The notes: a model not told the origin generated them from the letters alone. 63,004 nucleotides of DNA, filler included, from Aduncisulcus paluster (GCA_024181965.1; 22 parts of 22 records of this genome joined end to end with filler, not necessarily neighbours in it); one strand, 5' to 3'. Positions 1 through 14,557 are shown, counted from the whole stretch's first letter. Translations and numbers: made by a program.

Positions 1-366
1 GGATGAAACAACAGCTTTAGGTGAAGAAGTGTAAACAATAAAAGGTTTAACCATTTGGAAATGTTTGGGCGAAGAAACTAACATACTCTGAAACAGATTC
101 TAACATCCTCAAGATTATTCAACAATCCCCAACTTATTATTGTCATAAAAATAACATTAAATCATATTATTGAAATTTATTTCTCATAAAACTCATTGTT
201 TCGAATTTTAGACTGCCTGCGGTTACGATCTCGCTTTCTACCAAATAAGATTAATTTCCGCCGTATAATTCATCGATTATTCAGTCAAACAGTCAAAAAA
301 CAAACCCTAATTATATGGGTTTATTCAAATTTCGAAATCTTTTTTTTTTGCATCACCAGCCCAGAA

Positions 367-1266
367 ATGGCTGAACATGGACCTTTCAAATCAATTTCAA
401 TTGAACAAAATATTAGTGAAATGCTTGAAAAACCCATTGAATTGACAGATATTATCTCATTGAAGCGCATGGCTGAAACTTGTCGCGCCAAAGAGAGTGA
501 AGCATCTTTACTTCTTAAAATATTACAACAGAGGGAATCTGACCTCGAAAACATAAGAAAAGTTTATCAAGAATTAGTTAGAGAAAACATAATACTTAGA
601 AAAGAAAATAAGTCTATATCCATGGTTTTATCGTTTGCTTTGCAAGAACAAACGGTCACTGAATCACAAATTAAATCAAAAGATACCGAAAGATACAAAG
701 AATTGTATTTAAAAGAGCGTGAACGACGAATTATGTGCGAAAGGTTATTTTGTGTTGAAAAGGAGCAACATATTGCTGTTCAAAAGAAAATAATGAGCTT
801 ACAGATGGCATTTAAGAAAATTTGCGGCCGAGTTGCCCGTCATGGAAGAGAGTCTAAACATTCAAAAATTAGACGTAGCGTTATGCCTGAAGATCGAGTA
901 TTTCCTGCAATTCCTCCCAGAGTTGCATTATCATCTAATACTAATGGTCGTGATTCGCCTCCCATTTCCCCTTGGAAAGATGGAAGTATGAAGATCCCCA
1001 TTAATGATATTACTCCAGACATTCATGATAAATCCCGATCAAAGATAAGCAAATCTGCCCGCGACACCCTTGAAGCATCATCATTACACTCTTCCATTGG
1101 GCACCAAGGCTTGAAACGGAGTTCGTCACATCCTCACAATGTCGGAATAGGAAACCAATCTTCATCCTTTGTATCTATCACGGACTCCCCTTCAACTTCA
1201 TCTGGTACGTCAGCCTCGTCATCGTCGTACTCTCACGAACAATGGAGAAAGAAGGATGCTATGACC
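367..1266 (+). CDS. Hypothetical coiled-coil, Ser-rich protein (3' truncated by contig end)
   Basis: Long ORF; first ATG at 367 after an AT-rich upstream region; heptad-like E/K/R-rich segment; runs into spacer. Confidence 0.6.
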
Positions 1267-1366
1267 NNNNNNNNNNNNNNNNNNNNNNNNNNNNNNNNNN
1301 NNNNNNNNNNTTAATTAATTAANNNNNNNNNNNNNNNNNNNNNNNNNNNNNNNNNNNNNNNNNNNN
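1267..1366. other. Artificial contig spacer N44-TTAATTAATTAA-N44 (first of 21)
   Basis: Identical 100-bp blocks also start at 16567, 17967, 19267, 20597, 22281, 26308, 27681, 29315, 31079, 33782, 35254, 36852, 38568, 39999, 43754, 49949, 51321, 57826, 59976 and 61583; the core gives stops in all six frames. Confidence 0.98.
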
Positions 1367-4300
1367 GAAAGAGCCTCCGAGGTCTCTCTTGTGTTTCCTC
1401 TCAAACATTGCTGATGCAAAATTCAATTCAATTCGTTATTCAAAGACATTTGACCACTCCACGGAGACGATTCGCCCAAGATTGCTGGAATTGGAATCAC
1501 ATGTACCTATAAATAGCTCCATCATTGAGAAAGAGAATTTCGAACAAGACAATTTAGCTCCATCATACAATATTTCTGACATTATCTCACATATGAATGA
1601 ACGTTTTGTTGTCAAGTTCACCCCAAGCTCAAGCGGTAAGATTGTCCACACTGCCCGATATCCTGCCTCCACAGTTGTTTCCCTTTCCTCTCTCTCTCTT
1701 CATCCCATGCCGACCCTCCATTACATTGCCTCTTCTGTGATGATGTCCTCCACGATCAGACAGGCCCGTAAGACATTCGGGATTCCATTCCACTGGATAA
1801 AACCATATAACGCCCAACAATTGCTCGCTCAATTGGCCAACTGGGAGGATCCTAAACCCTCAGATGGGTCTTTCTTTCCCCTCAAGAAATCCTCTTCCGC
1901 TTCCGCTTGCGCTTCCTCAGATTCTACTCCTGACCGTGTCTCTCCTTCGTCTCAAGTCCCCTTGTCTCTCAGACAACTCTTTCTGCTCATTCTCTGTCTG
2001 TATGGAAATGTGGAGGAAGGAGTGAGCTTTGATCGTATATCTCAGCTGTGTGGGCGTAGGTTGAGAACAGGGAGACATCCGAAGAGAGGGAAGACAGAAC
2101 ACCAGAACTCTCTTGGTGGAAAGGTTCCATTCAGAAGAGGATGTTTGCTATGGTGGTGTTGTGAAGTGTGCGGGTTTAACGTACGTGGTGTCGATCATAC
2201 AAGATTAGCAACAATAGAAAAGGATTCTTCTTCTGATGCTTTTGGCCCAGCAACTCTTGTTTCCAACCCTCAGGAATACCCCAAGACTCCCTCAGCTCCT
2301 GGATTCGATTCCTTCCAAGGACATGCCCGTATAGTCTCAAGTCCTCCCTTATTATTCACTGTCGATAGTCCCAACCCTATCTCAGGCTCTTCCTCTTCCT
2401 CTTCCTCCTTATCGACATCTATGGTGTCGTCTAAGACATCACCCTCTTCTGTCTTCTTCCAACCCCACGATCTTACTTCCCCTGTCTTCACGAGCATGTC
2501 TAAGAAGGCTCAGTATTTGTGGTGCTGTCTTATAAACATGTCGCTCCTTGATATCCATGGAGCTGTCCAATGCCTATGTATGAGCAAGGAGTCAGATTCA
2601 GCCATTAAGTCTGATTATCTTCCTCTCCTTGCCATGTGTGTTGCTATGTGTGGTCTCTATGATGATCAGAAGATCGGCATGGTTGTCCAACATATCGAGG
2701 AGATCAGGGAAAGACAGAGAGTGACCCGTGGAGAGACTAAGACTGGAGAAGAAGATGTGGAAGATAGTGATTCTTGTGATAAGGCTATTTCTGCCATCAT
2801 TAGTGTGTGTAAAGGTGATTCTCCTGTTTTGCTCACAACTCAAATAGAACACGAGGTGTGGAATTGGGTTGATTTACACAAGAAGAGTGAGGCTTCAGAT
2901 GAGAAGAATCGTTTCAACAATGCCAATCCAAAGAATCTCTCATCCACTCAGTTCTTCCACGATGATGAAATTGTGAATTCCCGGAAGCGGTGGGTGCATG
3001 CATTTGCCCTTTGTTTGTTCTATGGTCATAATTCAACTCCTTATTCCTTGTACCCTGTGACTGGTGCCCTCGCCGAGTTTAACGAGCTTTCTCGAGACAA
3101 GAGTGGACACCATGTTCGCAGTCAATGGCTTCCAAAGCTTTGGGGTGTTCGAGATGACATTCATTCTGAAGGAGGCATTCCCAAACGATATGATGATATC
3201 TGCTACAATTTATTGTTATTATATACGGATAAGCCTGATTCCTCACTTTCCACTCTGCTATCTCCCTTGAGTTTCTCACATTCCCCTTCGGAATGTGTGT
3301 TCCCTTGGGTAGTTTGCTTGTGCCTTGCTTCCATGGGTGTCACGAAGAAAAGACCTGGTCTCAATGGACTCTATGTTCGACTTGCAACTGGCGCTGCCGC
3401 TTCGCTTTCTCCTTCGTCTTCTTCCATTGTTCCCCTTCTCACTGGGCTTCGTAAGGAAGAAACGATTGAATCTGAACGTGGCGAGACCATCAGGAGGATT
3501 GTGGTCGAAGAATTAGTCCGTATTGGCGTGCTCAGTAGTTTAGACAGCAATAGCAATCTTATCTCTAACACGCATAATGCCTTCTTCCACGTCTCGTCCC
3601 TGCCTAAACCTTTGGTCCAGCTATGTGTGAGTCGAGTTCTTACATACACTCTACAACATACACCTCTCCCCAAGCTGCCAGAGTTCTCAGCTTCAGTGAT
3701 ACCATCTTTCTCGTCTTCCTCTCCCATGTTGTCGCTATTAGGTTTCCTCTCTTCAAGGCTTTCTTCTTCAAATATTCCCAAATCGGTGTCATCTGCCACT
3801 GTTCTATTCCTGTGGCACACTTTCACGACAATGGTTGATGGAGAGCGTCTTTTGGAATCTGTACAGTTTGCTCTAAATTATATATGTCCTCTAATGCTTC
3901 GGATATATGATGTCGAGGATATTTTCTCAAACCAAAACTTTATTATTCCCCTCGCCATGCAAATACAAGGAGCAATTGCTGAAATTCATACCATGATCGA
4001 TGCTAAACAAAGAGGGAAGAAATACTCTTTTAAATATCCAACTCCAACACATATGATGACTCATTCGGAAGCCTTGGCAACATTTATTGATTCTCTTGCC
4101 TTCTTCCTAGAGTTTAGTGAATCGTCTCAGACTTTCAACTCTTATTTGGGTAATCACTGTGATTTCGACTCCAACTCTTGGTCGGTTTCTTCAATTGGTA
4201 AGGGATGCCGGGGAACAATCGGAACGGTTGGAGAGATTTGCCTTCAATCCCTTGCGCAAGAACTTAGTATTTCACATGACGACGAGGAAGAAGAGGAGGA

Positions 4301-4538
4301 AGAGGAGGAAGAGGAGGAAGATTTGAATGATTTGGATTCTATTTTGGATATCCTTCCTGCTTCCATTGAGTCTCTTGATCTCACTGATAGAGAAGAGGAA
4401 GAGGAACAGGAAGAACTTCAAAGAGGAACAGACATATTGTTTTCATGTGTTACAAAGCTCGTTGATGTTTGTGACCGTGGTGCCGGTAAAAGTATTGATA
4501 TCTTCTGTAAGCGCCTTTGTGATCAAAAATGGATATGA
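1367..4538 (+). CDS. NUP96: Nuclear pore protein Nup96-like (C-terminal part of Nup98-Nup96), 5' truncated
   Basis: Motifs WVHAFALCLFYG, DICYNLLLLY and LLSPLSFSHSPSECVFPW match the Nup96 pattern WxRxFxLxLWY / DxxYxLLxLY / LLxPxxxxxxPxDxxLxW in order. Confidence 0.7.
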
Positions 4539-4858
4539 ATCCCACATTGTCTATTTCAATCATTTATGAATCATAAATTATGATATGATTAATTTTTATT
4601 GATAAAGAAAATGGTTTCACTCAGATTTTTCGGTAATCGGTTCTTTGAATTCAGTGAATCGACCTTTAAAAATCCTACCTACTTATCATTATCAAAAATA
4701 ACAAAATAAATTTTTTCAATACAAATATTGTATTTGAAATATAAAAAACGTTTAATATCTCTCTTGCGATTGAATTTCAATGCGGCGATGAATCGAGATA
4801 TCAACAAAAAAACACAATCAGTAAAATTAAAAAAAATATTAAGAATAAACACGTTAAA

Positions 4859-6025
4859 TTATTTTTCACCAGTTTCCCAATCAACTTCATAGTCCTTTTT
4901 ACATTTCAAGGCAATTTTCGTGCGATAAGCATCTTTAACTCTTTCAGAACTCCAACGCAAAAAATCGTTGGCAACACCTCTCCAAACGGTTTCCCTCAGA
5001 ATTTCATGCTTTAAACCAGGCCACATCTTCACGGAAGCTGATTTGACGACTTTAAGTTTGTCAGCTGCAGAAATATCAACAATCTTGTCAGCATCACCCA
5101 TCATCATAAAAATTGGAATGCCAAGATCTTCCTTGTACAAATTCTCATTGAAGAACCCCTCAACATTCATCAAAGCAAGTCCGGTAACGGCGGGAGTTCC
5201 CTTTGTTTTCATAAGGGGATCCTCAGTACCAGATATAAAATGACATGAAGAAACCAACTCCCCTTCCTCAAAGGGCTTAGCAATAGGAATACGAGGGAGA
5301 ATAGAAGCAACAATAGGTCCAAAGAACCTTTTCACTGGAGTGGAAAGGGAAGGATCAACAGCCAAGGCAGGTGCAGAGAGCATCACACCTCCACCGTTGC
5401 CCCAGAGCCTATGATCAATAATACCAGCCATCATCACAGTTGATCCTCCCATGGAATGCCCAAGCAAGAAGTGTGGAACCTTGGAGAGGGCAGAGTTGGA
5501 TTCAATAAACAAATCAAAAACGTGAGAAATCTCATCTGCAAGGTTCTTGATTTTCTTGACAGCCCAACGTTTCCCACCACTATCTCCGAAGCCAGGAAGT
5601 GTGGGAGCGATAACGAGGAATCCTTTCTCAACGAATTGAGCAATCACATGAGTATAGCGCATGGCGTGTTCGAAGAGACCATGGCAAAAGATCAAAGTAG
5701 CAACAGGAGTACTATCAGGGATCCAAATATCAACGGCACACCGAATCTTGGCAGAATTTATGTAATGAGTTCTGTTTCTACCGAAAGAGTATGTAGGACC
5801 ATCAGCACAAGGAGTGATCACTTTTTCGATTTCTCCAATCACAAACTTTCTTGTTCCTTCAGGAAGTAAGCCTTTGGATTCCTCAAGCTGCTTTTTGAGA
5901 AGAGATTTAGTCTGACTTGATAAAGAAGTCAAAATAATCAGGATTTCTTTTTTTGAACATAATTTAAGTTCTTCAATAGGAGGACACCAAATCTCAGGCT
6001 TGGGAAGTTCTTCTTTGACAGTCAT
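4859..6025 (-). CDS. Alpha/beta hydrolase, monoglyceride lipase/lysophospholipase family
   Basis: HGLFEH, PGFGDS, GHSMGG nucleophile elbow, GDADKIV (Asp), KHEI (His). Confidence 0.92.
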   Translation of the reverse strand: MTVKEELPKPEIWCPPIEELKLCSKKEILIILTSLSSQTKSLLKKQLEESKGLLPEGTRKFVIGEIEKVITPCADGPTYSFGRNRTHYINSAKIRCAVDIWIPDSTPVATLIFCHGLFEHAMRYTHVIAQFVEKGFLVIAPTLPGFGDSGGKRWAVKKIKNLADEISHVFDLFIESNSALSKVPHFLLGHSMGGSTVMMAGIIDHRLWGNGGGVMLSAPALAVDPSLSTPVKRFFGPIVASILPRIPIAKPFEEGELVSSCHFISGTEDPLMKTKGTPAVTGLALMNVEGFFNENLYKEDLGIPIFMMMGDADKIVDISAADKLKVVKSASVKMWPGLKHEILRETVWRGVANDFLRWSSERVKDAYRTKIALKCKKDYEVDWETGEK

Positions 6026-6155
6026 TGTAATAAAGTGTTGTCAAAATCGACTTTTTTCAAAATTTCAAAGTTGAACTTCGTAAACTCGATTCTGAAAATG
6101 TTTAGGCGTTGTTAAAATATAAAAATAAAATTAAATCGATACTTTATACCAATAT

Positions 6156-9100
6156 TTATTTTTTCTCATTCTTTAAATTCCCCTTTTGGGCCTTTTCGTG
6201 TTTCACCAGAACATTCAAAATGCTAACTTGAGCATACCCATTTGGATCGAAAAATATATCTTCTTTCATTTGGAGACACCTCAAAATAAGCATATCAATA
6301 CATTTTGAACCACGTTGGAGCATCTGTTTGAAAAATTCGCGATTTAGAAAGATAAAGACCAAAATTGATGCAGCATTGAGGCCCGCAAGGAGGAATATTT
6401 CCTTAGTAACCACTCTGATGATCCTAGCCGATATCCCCCCTTCCCCCAGGATACTCTGATTGACATAAGAACTCATCCACCACATGGGAAAGAACAGCTC
6501 CTTCCATTCCCATTTCTGTTCGACTGAAGAGAGTTTCGAAGAACTCAGAATAGTTCCTTCTCCAACACCACAGAATCTACTTACAGTGGCTAAGAAAGAA
6601 GTCAATTTCAAAGTTACAGGGCCAATATTCACACCAGAATTATCATCATCAATCTTCATCGAGAAAGGAGCCACAAGTCCACACTGGTCGCCTGTGAATG
6701 GGATGAAAGCAGCCTCAACATCAGCCTCAATGATTTCAAGCCCATGTGAGCAAGGAAAACAACTGTCATCAAACAGGGCTGGATCAGTCAATGGAATTGT
6801 CACCGATCCCAAAGAATTCTGGAAATTAGAGATATATTGTTCAGTTACCGAGGTTACATATTGGTTAAATGATATGTCTATATCGGAATACCCATAACGA
6901 GGGGATACATCAGGGGGTGGAGAAATCAGAGAGTTTACGATTAGATTATGTTGTTTGATTTCACTTTGGATGAGCTTAGAAACAATGTTATAATTATTCT
7001 CATCCAAATATGAAGAAGCTCCAAATAATTCATCATCGCCTCTATTCGGGCCGAAAAGAGACTTAATCTCACTCATTTTGATATTTCTTATTGAATCTTG
7101 AATATCATTGTGGTCATGTTTAGATTCATTATTATTATTCTTAGAATAAATAAAATTATCATACATTTTATCCAATTTCTTTGTGTTGACTATCGTTTTC
7201 GCTGTATGAACCCCATCAATACCATAGTCATCAGTTGAGATGGAATTTGCAATATTCCCAAATTCCCCAAAATCTGAATTATATAGTTTTTGGACCATTC
7301 CGCAAGTCGAGAGGTTTAAATTACCAGTTAATAGTTGCTGTCTAATGCCAATATCTAACAGAGAACTCTCCAAAAAGAAAATATTCCTCTTCAATAAACT
7401 TTGATCCATCTTCTCCAAAAGAATCATTAGTGTTTTTTTCTTGTCTTTTGTATTTCCACTAATATTAAGGAATCTTTCAAAGCCATGAATAGTCATATTC
7501 TGGGTGAGCATATTGATATTATAAAGAACATGGGAATCGGAAAATAACCTAGACATTCCGAAGAACCTCAAAACTCCCAGAATACTCAATGAACATGTGA
7601 TAATTATCAAACATACGGCAGAAATAACACCCAAAGTGGAATTCCCATGTGAGTTCTTAAGAGCTCGAGATATAATTCTCTGTTCACCGGGGGGGACATC
7701 TTTCATGGAATCTTCAAGGGGATTACACAGTCGAATGAGAATGGAAACACGAGAAATAAGCAGAATGGTAACAAAAATATTCGTGATTATACTAAAAACA
7801 CAAATAATCCGCAATTTAGACCGTGATAAGCCTTCAGGAGAAGAGTTTTTGGCTTGATTCCATAGTAGAGCGTGGATATCTGAAACAAAACGATTCATTT
7901 CTTTCATTTTAGCTAGTAAATCAGGAAAATATGCAATCAATAAGTTGTATTTCTGCTCCATTGTCAAGATATCAGGAGGAATATCACCACTGGTCATGGA
8001 AGGCTTGTTCTCAGCCATATAATCGTTCTCAATATTTCTCATTTCTATATAGATAGATTCGATAACTTCTCGATATTCATCAAAATAATCGGTCAGACGT
8101 GTGTTGATGGTCTCCGGACGGAAAGGAATCTCCTCTTCACTACTAAATAGGGGGTTTGAAGGGTATAATTTCGATGAACTGGTCTTGGCGTTTGAAAATA
8201 AAACAGAATCGAAGAAAATCTCATCCTCATCGCTCACGAGTCCCTCGATTGACATATCGTACTGAATATGGTTGAAAGCATTTTGAATACCTCTCAGAAC
8301 GGTATCTGATTGAGTACTAACGCCCATCATAATGACCCTGGCCGCATTGAAAGTAGCAATTTCAATGGCATTTGTGAATGAAAATACAGTGATATCTCTC
8401 CTATTGAGGATACGTCGTGAGTGAGTAACATCATAAACTCCATATATCCAGGAAATTATGATCAGAGTAATCATCCAAAGAATACCAATTGCACCAGAAA
8501 CAACAGAAACAACATCGATCTTCTTCAAAAGGGGAGAATGGGGGAATAAATGGTGATGATTCACAACATAATAGATCGATGCAAGCATGAGAATTAAGGA
8601 TGCGAATAATATAACAAAAATGAATGAAATTGTATCTATTACAAGGAAATTCTCATCGCTGGCAATGTCTACACTAGCTTTCCTATAATATTTCATGGCC
8701 TGAGAATTATTTTCGACCATGATATTAGCCATCACATCATCCAAGAGGAAGCTCCAGCTTGAGAATAGAGGATATGTTTCGATATCATCAAATGTATACG
8801 GTCTACGCATGTCCTCATCGTGAATATACCCTTCAAGCATATTCTCAGTGAACGAATAATGCCTGAAATGATCATCAGAGACAGAAAATACCTCATAAAA
8901 ATGGGATTCAGCAACATTTATAGCAGCGAATACAATCTTTTCCTGTAATTGGTACGAATAGTCAGATTTCCATATATGTGAAATATCATAGGACTCTTTA
9001 AAGAGTTCCAATTGTAAATTACCCCATTCATCCTTGATTTTGGCCAGGTTCTCGAGGTCTGAAGTCATAGAATATGCCAAAGTGTTCAAAAGATTCATGT

Positions 9101-12100
9101 TAGAAGTATGTGAATATCGCAGAATAGAATATTTTGTTGAAGCCATCTTGTTACACTCGTTATTAGGTATTGAAGTGAGCATTTTAATATCCCGGAAGGA
9201 TACAAGTTGAAGAAATCCACCAACAAGGAACAACATGATGATAGCAATCATAAGATGCTTATGAGAAGTTGTTCCCTTAAAATTCTTTTCCTCATTCTTT
9301 GATTTCTCGTTGATAACGTTTGAGAAAGGAGAAGATAAAGAAGATTTTTCTTTCCCATTTATCGAAGACTTTCGCTCATAGACCCCTGGAGTAGGTGTTA
9401 CATGGGTTAAAGCTGAACTCTCATTAAATCCCCGAGCGAAATGGCCATTATCAATTAACATGGAACTGGAGTTAACATTCATTCCGTGTGATTTAGACGC
9501 TTCCTCCACATCCTGGACTTGAGTATTAGAGTTGGTCAAAGCAGGCGGATGGGAGGTACCCTTTGAAATAGTAGACAGTGCATATAAGGTGGTTGTACAA
9601 AGAGCAAGTTGAATGGCACCCGAATGAGCAGTTGTGAGCTTATAGATACCAATCATTGGCGCTAGGAACATCACAACGACAAACACGACCATCATCACGA
9701 GGAATATCACATATTGGGCGCTGTGATTATCTTCCAAGAAAAGCTTGACAACATTATGCACCCTCACAACGAACTCGGTGAGCGTCTGCACATTTGATGA
9801 CACGGTCAGAAATCCATCGGAATTCATAAGATCCGTGGCTAATTCTACTCCTAATTCATATTGTTCGTTAAGCGAGGAAACGGATAACAACTGTTCATCA
9901 TATATTTGTGCTAAACTAAGAATTCTGGTCACGGCATTGGACAAAATGTCATGAATATCAAAGAAAGAATAATCACCGAGAGAGGTTACAGTACTTGAAT
10001 TGTAGATGGTTAGTTGGATTGTATCGATGTACATGGGTGATAATATACATTTATCGATGGAATTCTGTGAGTAAGCTGATTTATCAGTGTTAATTTCGCC
10101 TTTATCCGTGTAGTGGATCTCACAACCACTGACCTGATCCAGAATCTCTGCAAGATGAGACAAGAGGTTATTCGAATGGAATGAAAGTTCATGGACAAGC
10201 GTGTACAATTCATCTTCGATATATAGAGGATTTGTAGGTGTTGGAAAGAACTTGTATTCAGTCTCCTCAACAGATGAGGAGATTGAACCCAATTCATCCC
10301 CATCAAAATTGTGTTGGAGCATACTTCCATTGCAAAATATATTGTTGACATCACTTCCACATATTCCAGTACTATGAAAAGCACCAGAATAAGCAAATGG
10401 AAGAGAATAGACCATTGGAATCAGTCGCATAAGTGTAAACTCATAAAATGCCATAGTTGAGGCAATTTTCATTTGACCAACCCAATGGCTAAAATATGTG
10501 ATGAGAAGAGTAAGGAAAAAGATGGCCATTCCAATGAATCCCCACATCGATATGGACATAAAAAGCTTTTCCTGTTGAAATAAAGCACTTGAAATATCAT
10601 ATCCCTGCTCGAGAGTGCGGATAGAAGCTGGAAATAGTGAGGAACAGAGTTCAGATTGGTCAATATGATCGAATTCAGGTGATTCGTCAGCATTCTCAGT
10701 CGTCGAAGGAGTTGTTTCTGAAGAAGAAGATGTATGCGATACAGGATCATCACTAGGTACAGTTCGCCCAATCTTCCGCATTCTTGCAGAGGACAGTTCT
10801 GAATTAACATCAGATAACACTGTAAACCCATTGCTATCCTGTGTCTTGCCCATTCCATCTTTAGTGTCAGTGTCAGTGGCATCAGAGTCATCAAAACGAT
10901 GGATACCATTCGTTTGGCCTGAGAATCGATCATGCTCTCCCCTATCTTTGATCAATCTATTCTCATGAATACTTATGAAATGAGTGAGGCCTTGGTTTCC
11001 CCACATTTCGTCGACGAGAGTTTTCAGCAAGCGTAAGAAATATAATCGTTTCTCATTCTTCACCCTATCACGCATACATTCACACAGAATAGAACGGACA
11101 TATGCACACATGGCATTGAAAGAGATAGATTTGGCTATGTCATCGATTCTTGAGAGAGAGAGAATTGAATGATGGAAGGCATGGTTGAGAGAAGAAAGAG
11201 AAGAGACAAGAGAGATTAAAAAGATGATAGAAAAGGCGGCTGGAGATGAAATGGCAGCCAGGGGGGGGCATGAAGAAGAGAAATGTTTCAGACTGAATGT
11301 CTCAGATGTGGACGTCACAGTAAAGAAGGATAGGGACGCGTATAATGATGTTAGAAAGGGATACAAACGACGAACATGGGCCATTAATTCCTCCTTATTG
11401 GCTGTCATCGAACATACACCCGGTGAATTGAGAGTCAGGTTAGCTCTTTCTTTATCAACAATCTCTTTGACCTTGAACAATGGATCTTTGGTAATCATTC
11501 TTTCCTCGACTACACCTGCTTTATCGACTTCACTCGAGAGAGAGGATACTGGATTATGATCAATAAGGTGGGATTGGGTTGGGTTATGTGAGGGATCTTG
11601 TGCTTGTGTTTTTTCAAAAATGGATAGAATGGATATATCTCTCGAATCTGCTTCCTTGTGATGAGATTTCACAACACCATGTCCTTCTTCTTCGCTCACT
11701 TCCTCTTCTTCTGAGTAACTTCTTGTCATGGGCTGTGAAGATTGGACTATCTGATAAGCTGCAAGGAACTCTTGCAACGTACTCCTCATCATCACTCTCA
11801 GAGGTGTCACAGAGACCCCCTTAATCTCCAAATTACGTATCTTACATATACCAAGATATAAAGATAATATCTTCTCCCTATCAAAGGAAGAAACACCACG
11901 GATGGAGTTAAGCAAAGAGTGGGATAGAGAACGAGGGAACGTGAAGGCTCGAACAACCAATCGACACAAGACAAGCATTCCACTCGGAGAATGTTTTCGA
12001 TTGAACGTAAATCTCTCGTGAACAACAGCGAATAAATCTAAAAATAGAAATGAGAAGAAAGCGGGTGTCATTGGATTGAGGTTAAGACGAGGCAATTCTG

Positions 12101-14513
12101 ATGAAAAGTGGATGGGGAACAGAGATTTTATATCGAGAAAATAGAACGATGGGCGGGTATGAGAGACCACCAAATGATCTGAATGAGGAGTAATGTCATC
12201 AAAAAGATGAGCGTGTCTTGGAATAAGTCCTGTAGAAGTCAACACAGGTTGCACAGGCTTGTTCCGAGAGTTTAAGATCTTTCTATCAGCATCCACTTTG
12301 TATCTTGACGAATAGAAATTATATTTGGAGTTTTTCATAAGATTATTAATGCGGGTTTGTTCAGTTTCCTTTTGTCCATCAATTCCCCTTTTATGAAGTT
12401 GTTCTCTGAGAGAAATCTCCGAGACCAACATGTAGATAATCATCAACCGTGTCGTAGAATCTGAAAATGAAAGTATTAAAGACCCGTGTGTGTGAATGAG
12501 AGACAAGAATAACGATCTAGGGATGGCATCGAAATCAAGGGAAAAAAAGAACAACAATGGGAAATAACATAACAACGGAAACAGAGTTCTCGGAGGTTCA
12601 GATAACTCAGGATCTAAAATTGGAAACTGAGAACCTATAGTCCCAACATCAGGTTCACTTCTTGGATGAGGAGATGTGGGAGACGGTGGACTTGGCTGCC
12701 CCAACTCAGGCTTTATCACCCCGAGAGTAGAATATCTGTCATCGATTCCAGGAATGTCGCTCACACCACCGCTCTCACTTGTGTTGTTTCCCCGTGAGGT
12801 GGTTGAGCGAGAGATGGTTGAGGATGTACTCGTTGTTGGAGTGTCACAGCATTCAGAGAAGAGACTATGCATCACTCCATCCTTTGAATAAGGAATTGAG
12901 GAAAAGGGGTGATACCGAGAATAATCAGTGCGAGTATGGGAATATGATTCCTCAAATTCTTCAAGTTTCTTGAATTTAGAAAGAACCGAGCTTCTTTTTT
13001 TCATCCATTCCATGCATTCTACAATATCATCCTTTGTAAAGAAGGGGAAAGGAAGGGGCCCTTTTGTTGTGGTCGTTCCGTTATACACTTTTCTCATGAA
13101 ACGAGAATATCTCTTTTTTTGAAAACGTGAAAGAGATTTAAAATTGGTCAAATATTCCTCATGAAGCTCATAATCTTGATCCATTTCATCGATTTCTTTC
13201 TCCAGGACAGTTTCTTGTGCTTGAATAATGTCATGAGAGGTGACGACACCATTCCACTTCGATACATCACCTTCGTTCAGTCCACACACAAGACATATGC
13301 ATTTGAGCATGATCTCGTGAGTATTCATGCGAATTTTAACAACCCGATGAAAATACATGTATGCGAACAACATTTGAAACCCAACAAAACTTGTGATAAG
13401 AATAGAATAGAACGTATGACTATTCAAACGAACAAGACTGTCAGCAACATCGAGTTCATAGAGAAATAATGAGGTGATTTTAGCAGTTGGCATCTTTGAG
13501 GAGACAGTAAGGGGGATATATGACTTGTCAAGATGCACGAGGGCCTGACAGAATGAACAGAGAGAAAACATGGAAAATAAGAATACTGTGACAATATTCG
13601 AGAAGTGATTGTAGAATGGCTGCTGGATAATAGTATAAATTACAGTAATGGCCGTTAATACAAATACAATCAGATAACCAACGGCTGGTTGATCGATAAG
13701 CAATAGCGAGAAAACTCCAACAGAAATCGTTGAAAACATTATCCACATAAGCTTAAAGTCCCAGCGGCTAAAAACATGGTTAGAAAAAATATTATCATTA
13801 AATATTGTATTCTCAAGAGAACAAGACATGTATACATTAACTCCGACGCAAAACATAATCAATAATAACAGAAAGGTAGTAAAAAAATCATAGTTGGATA
13901 TTTGAAAGAATGAAATGGTTGATGAATCTGCACGGACAATGCGATAACATCGAAGAAGATAAACATCTAATGGGAGGGCTAATATCGGAAGAAGAAACGA
14001 ATAAAAAAAGTAAAATAACTTAATAATATATATTGGAGTTGAATGTTTAATGTATTTTGCAAGAAATGTTCTATAGAGAAAAAGCACAATAATATATCCA
14101 AAGGAAATAGAAAAAATAGCATCTGCTGCGACAATACTATCAACAACAGATGACATCCAGATGAATTTGAAGGATAAAAAACTAATAATCCAATCAAGAA
14201 TAGCATTAGAGCATGAAATATAAAATACATCAACCAGTAGAATGACTAGCAACTCTAAATCATATAAAAACAGTAAAAAATGAAATTTAATTCAAAAATA
14301 ATAAAAACATATGCCAATATTGACTCTATTTTCCCACATACGAAAACCTATGATAAAAAACAGGAAATATGTCCAAATCTCATGCCTAAATTGCATTCTC
14401 AAGTTAGAAGGATAAACATCGAAAATGGCATGTAAATCTTTCATGTGCTTTATCACACAATAACGAGTTTTTGAAACTGGACAACAGCCCCTTGAATAAA
14501 TATCATTAAACAT
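6156..14513 (-). CDS. Very large (~2750 aa) multipass membrane protein of unknown function; exons 14513-14342 and 14254-6156
   Basis: 2698-aa ORF with an N-terminal cluster of hydrophobic helices and repeated TM segments around long loops; the upstream exon joins in frame via intron 14255-14341. Confidence 0.8.
14255..14341 (-). other. Spliceosomal intron (87 nt)
   Basis: Minus strand GTATGT...TTTAG; removal gives TTT C|AG TTG (F-Q-L), joining an ATG-initiated exon to the ORF that otherwise starts at TTG. Confidence 0.75.
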
Positions 14514-14557
14514 ATATATTATGTAATTAAATAACCATTGTTTATTTAAAATTAATT

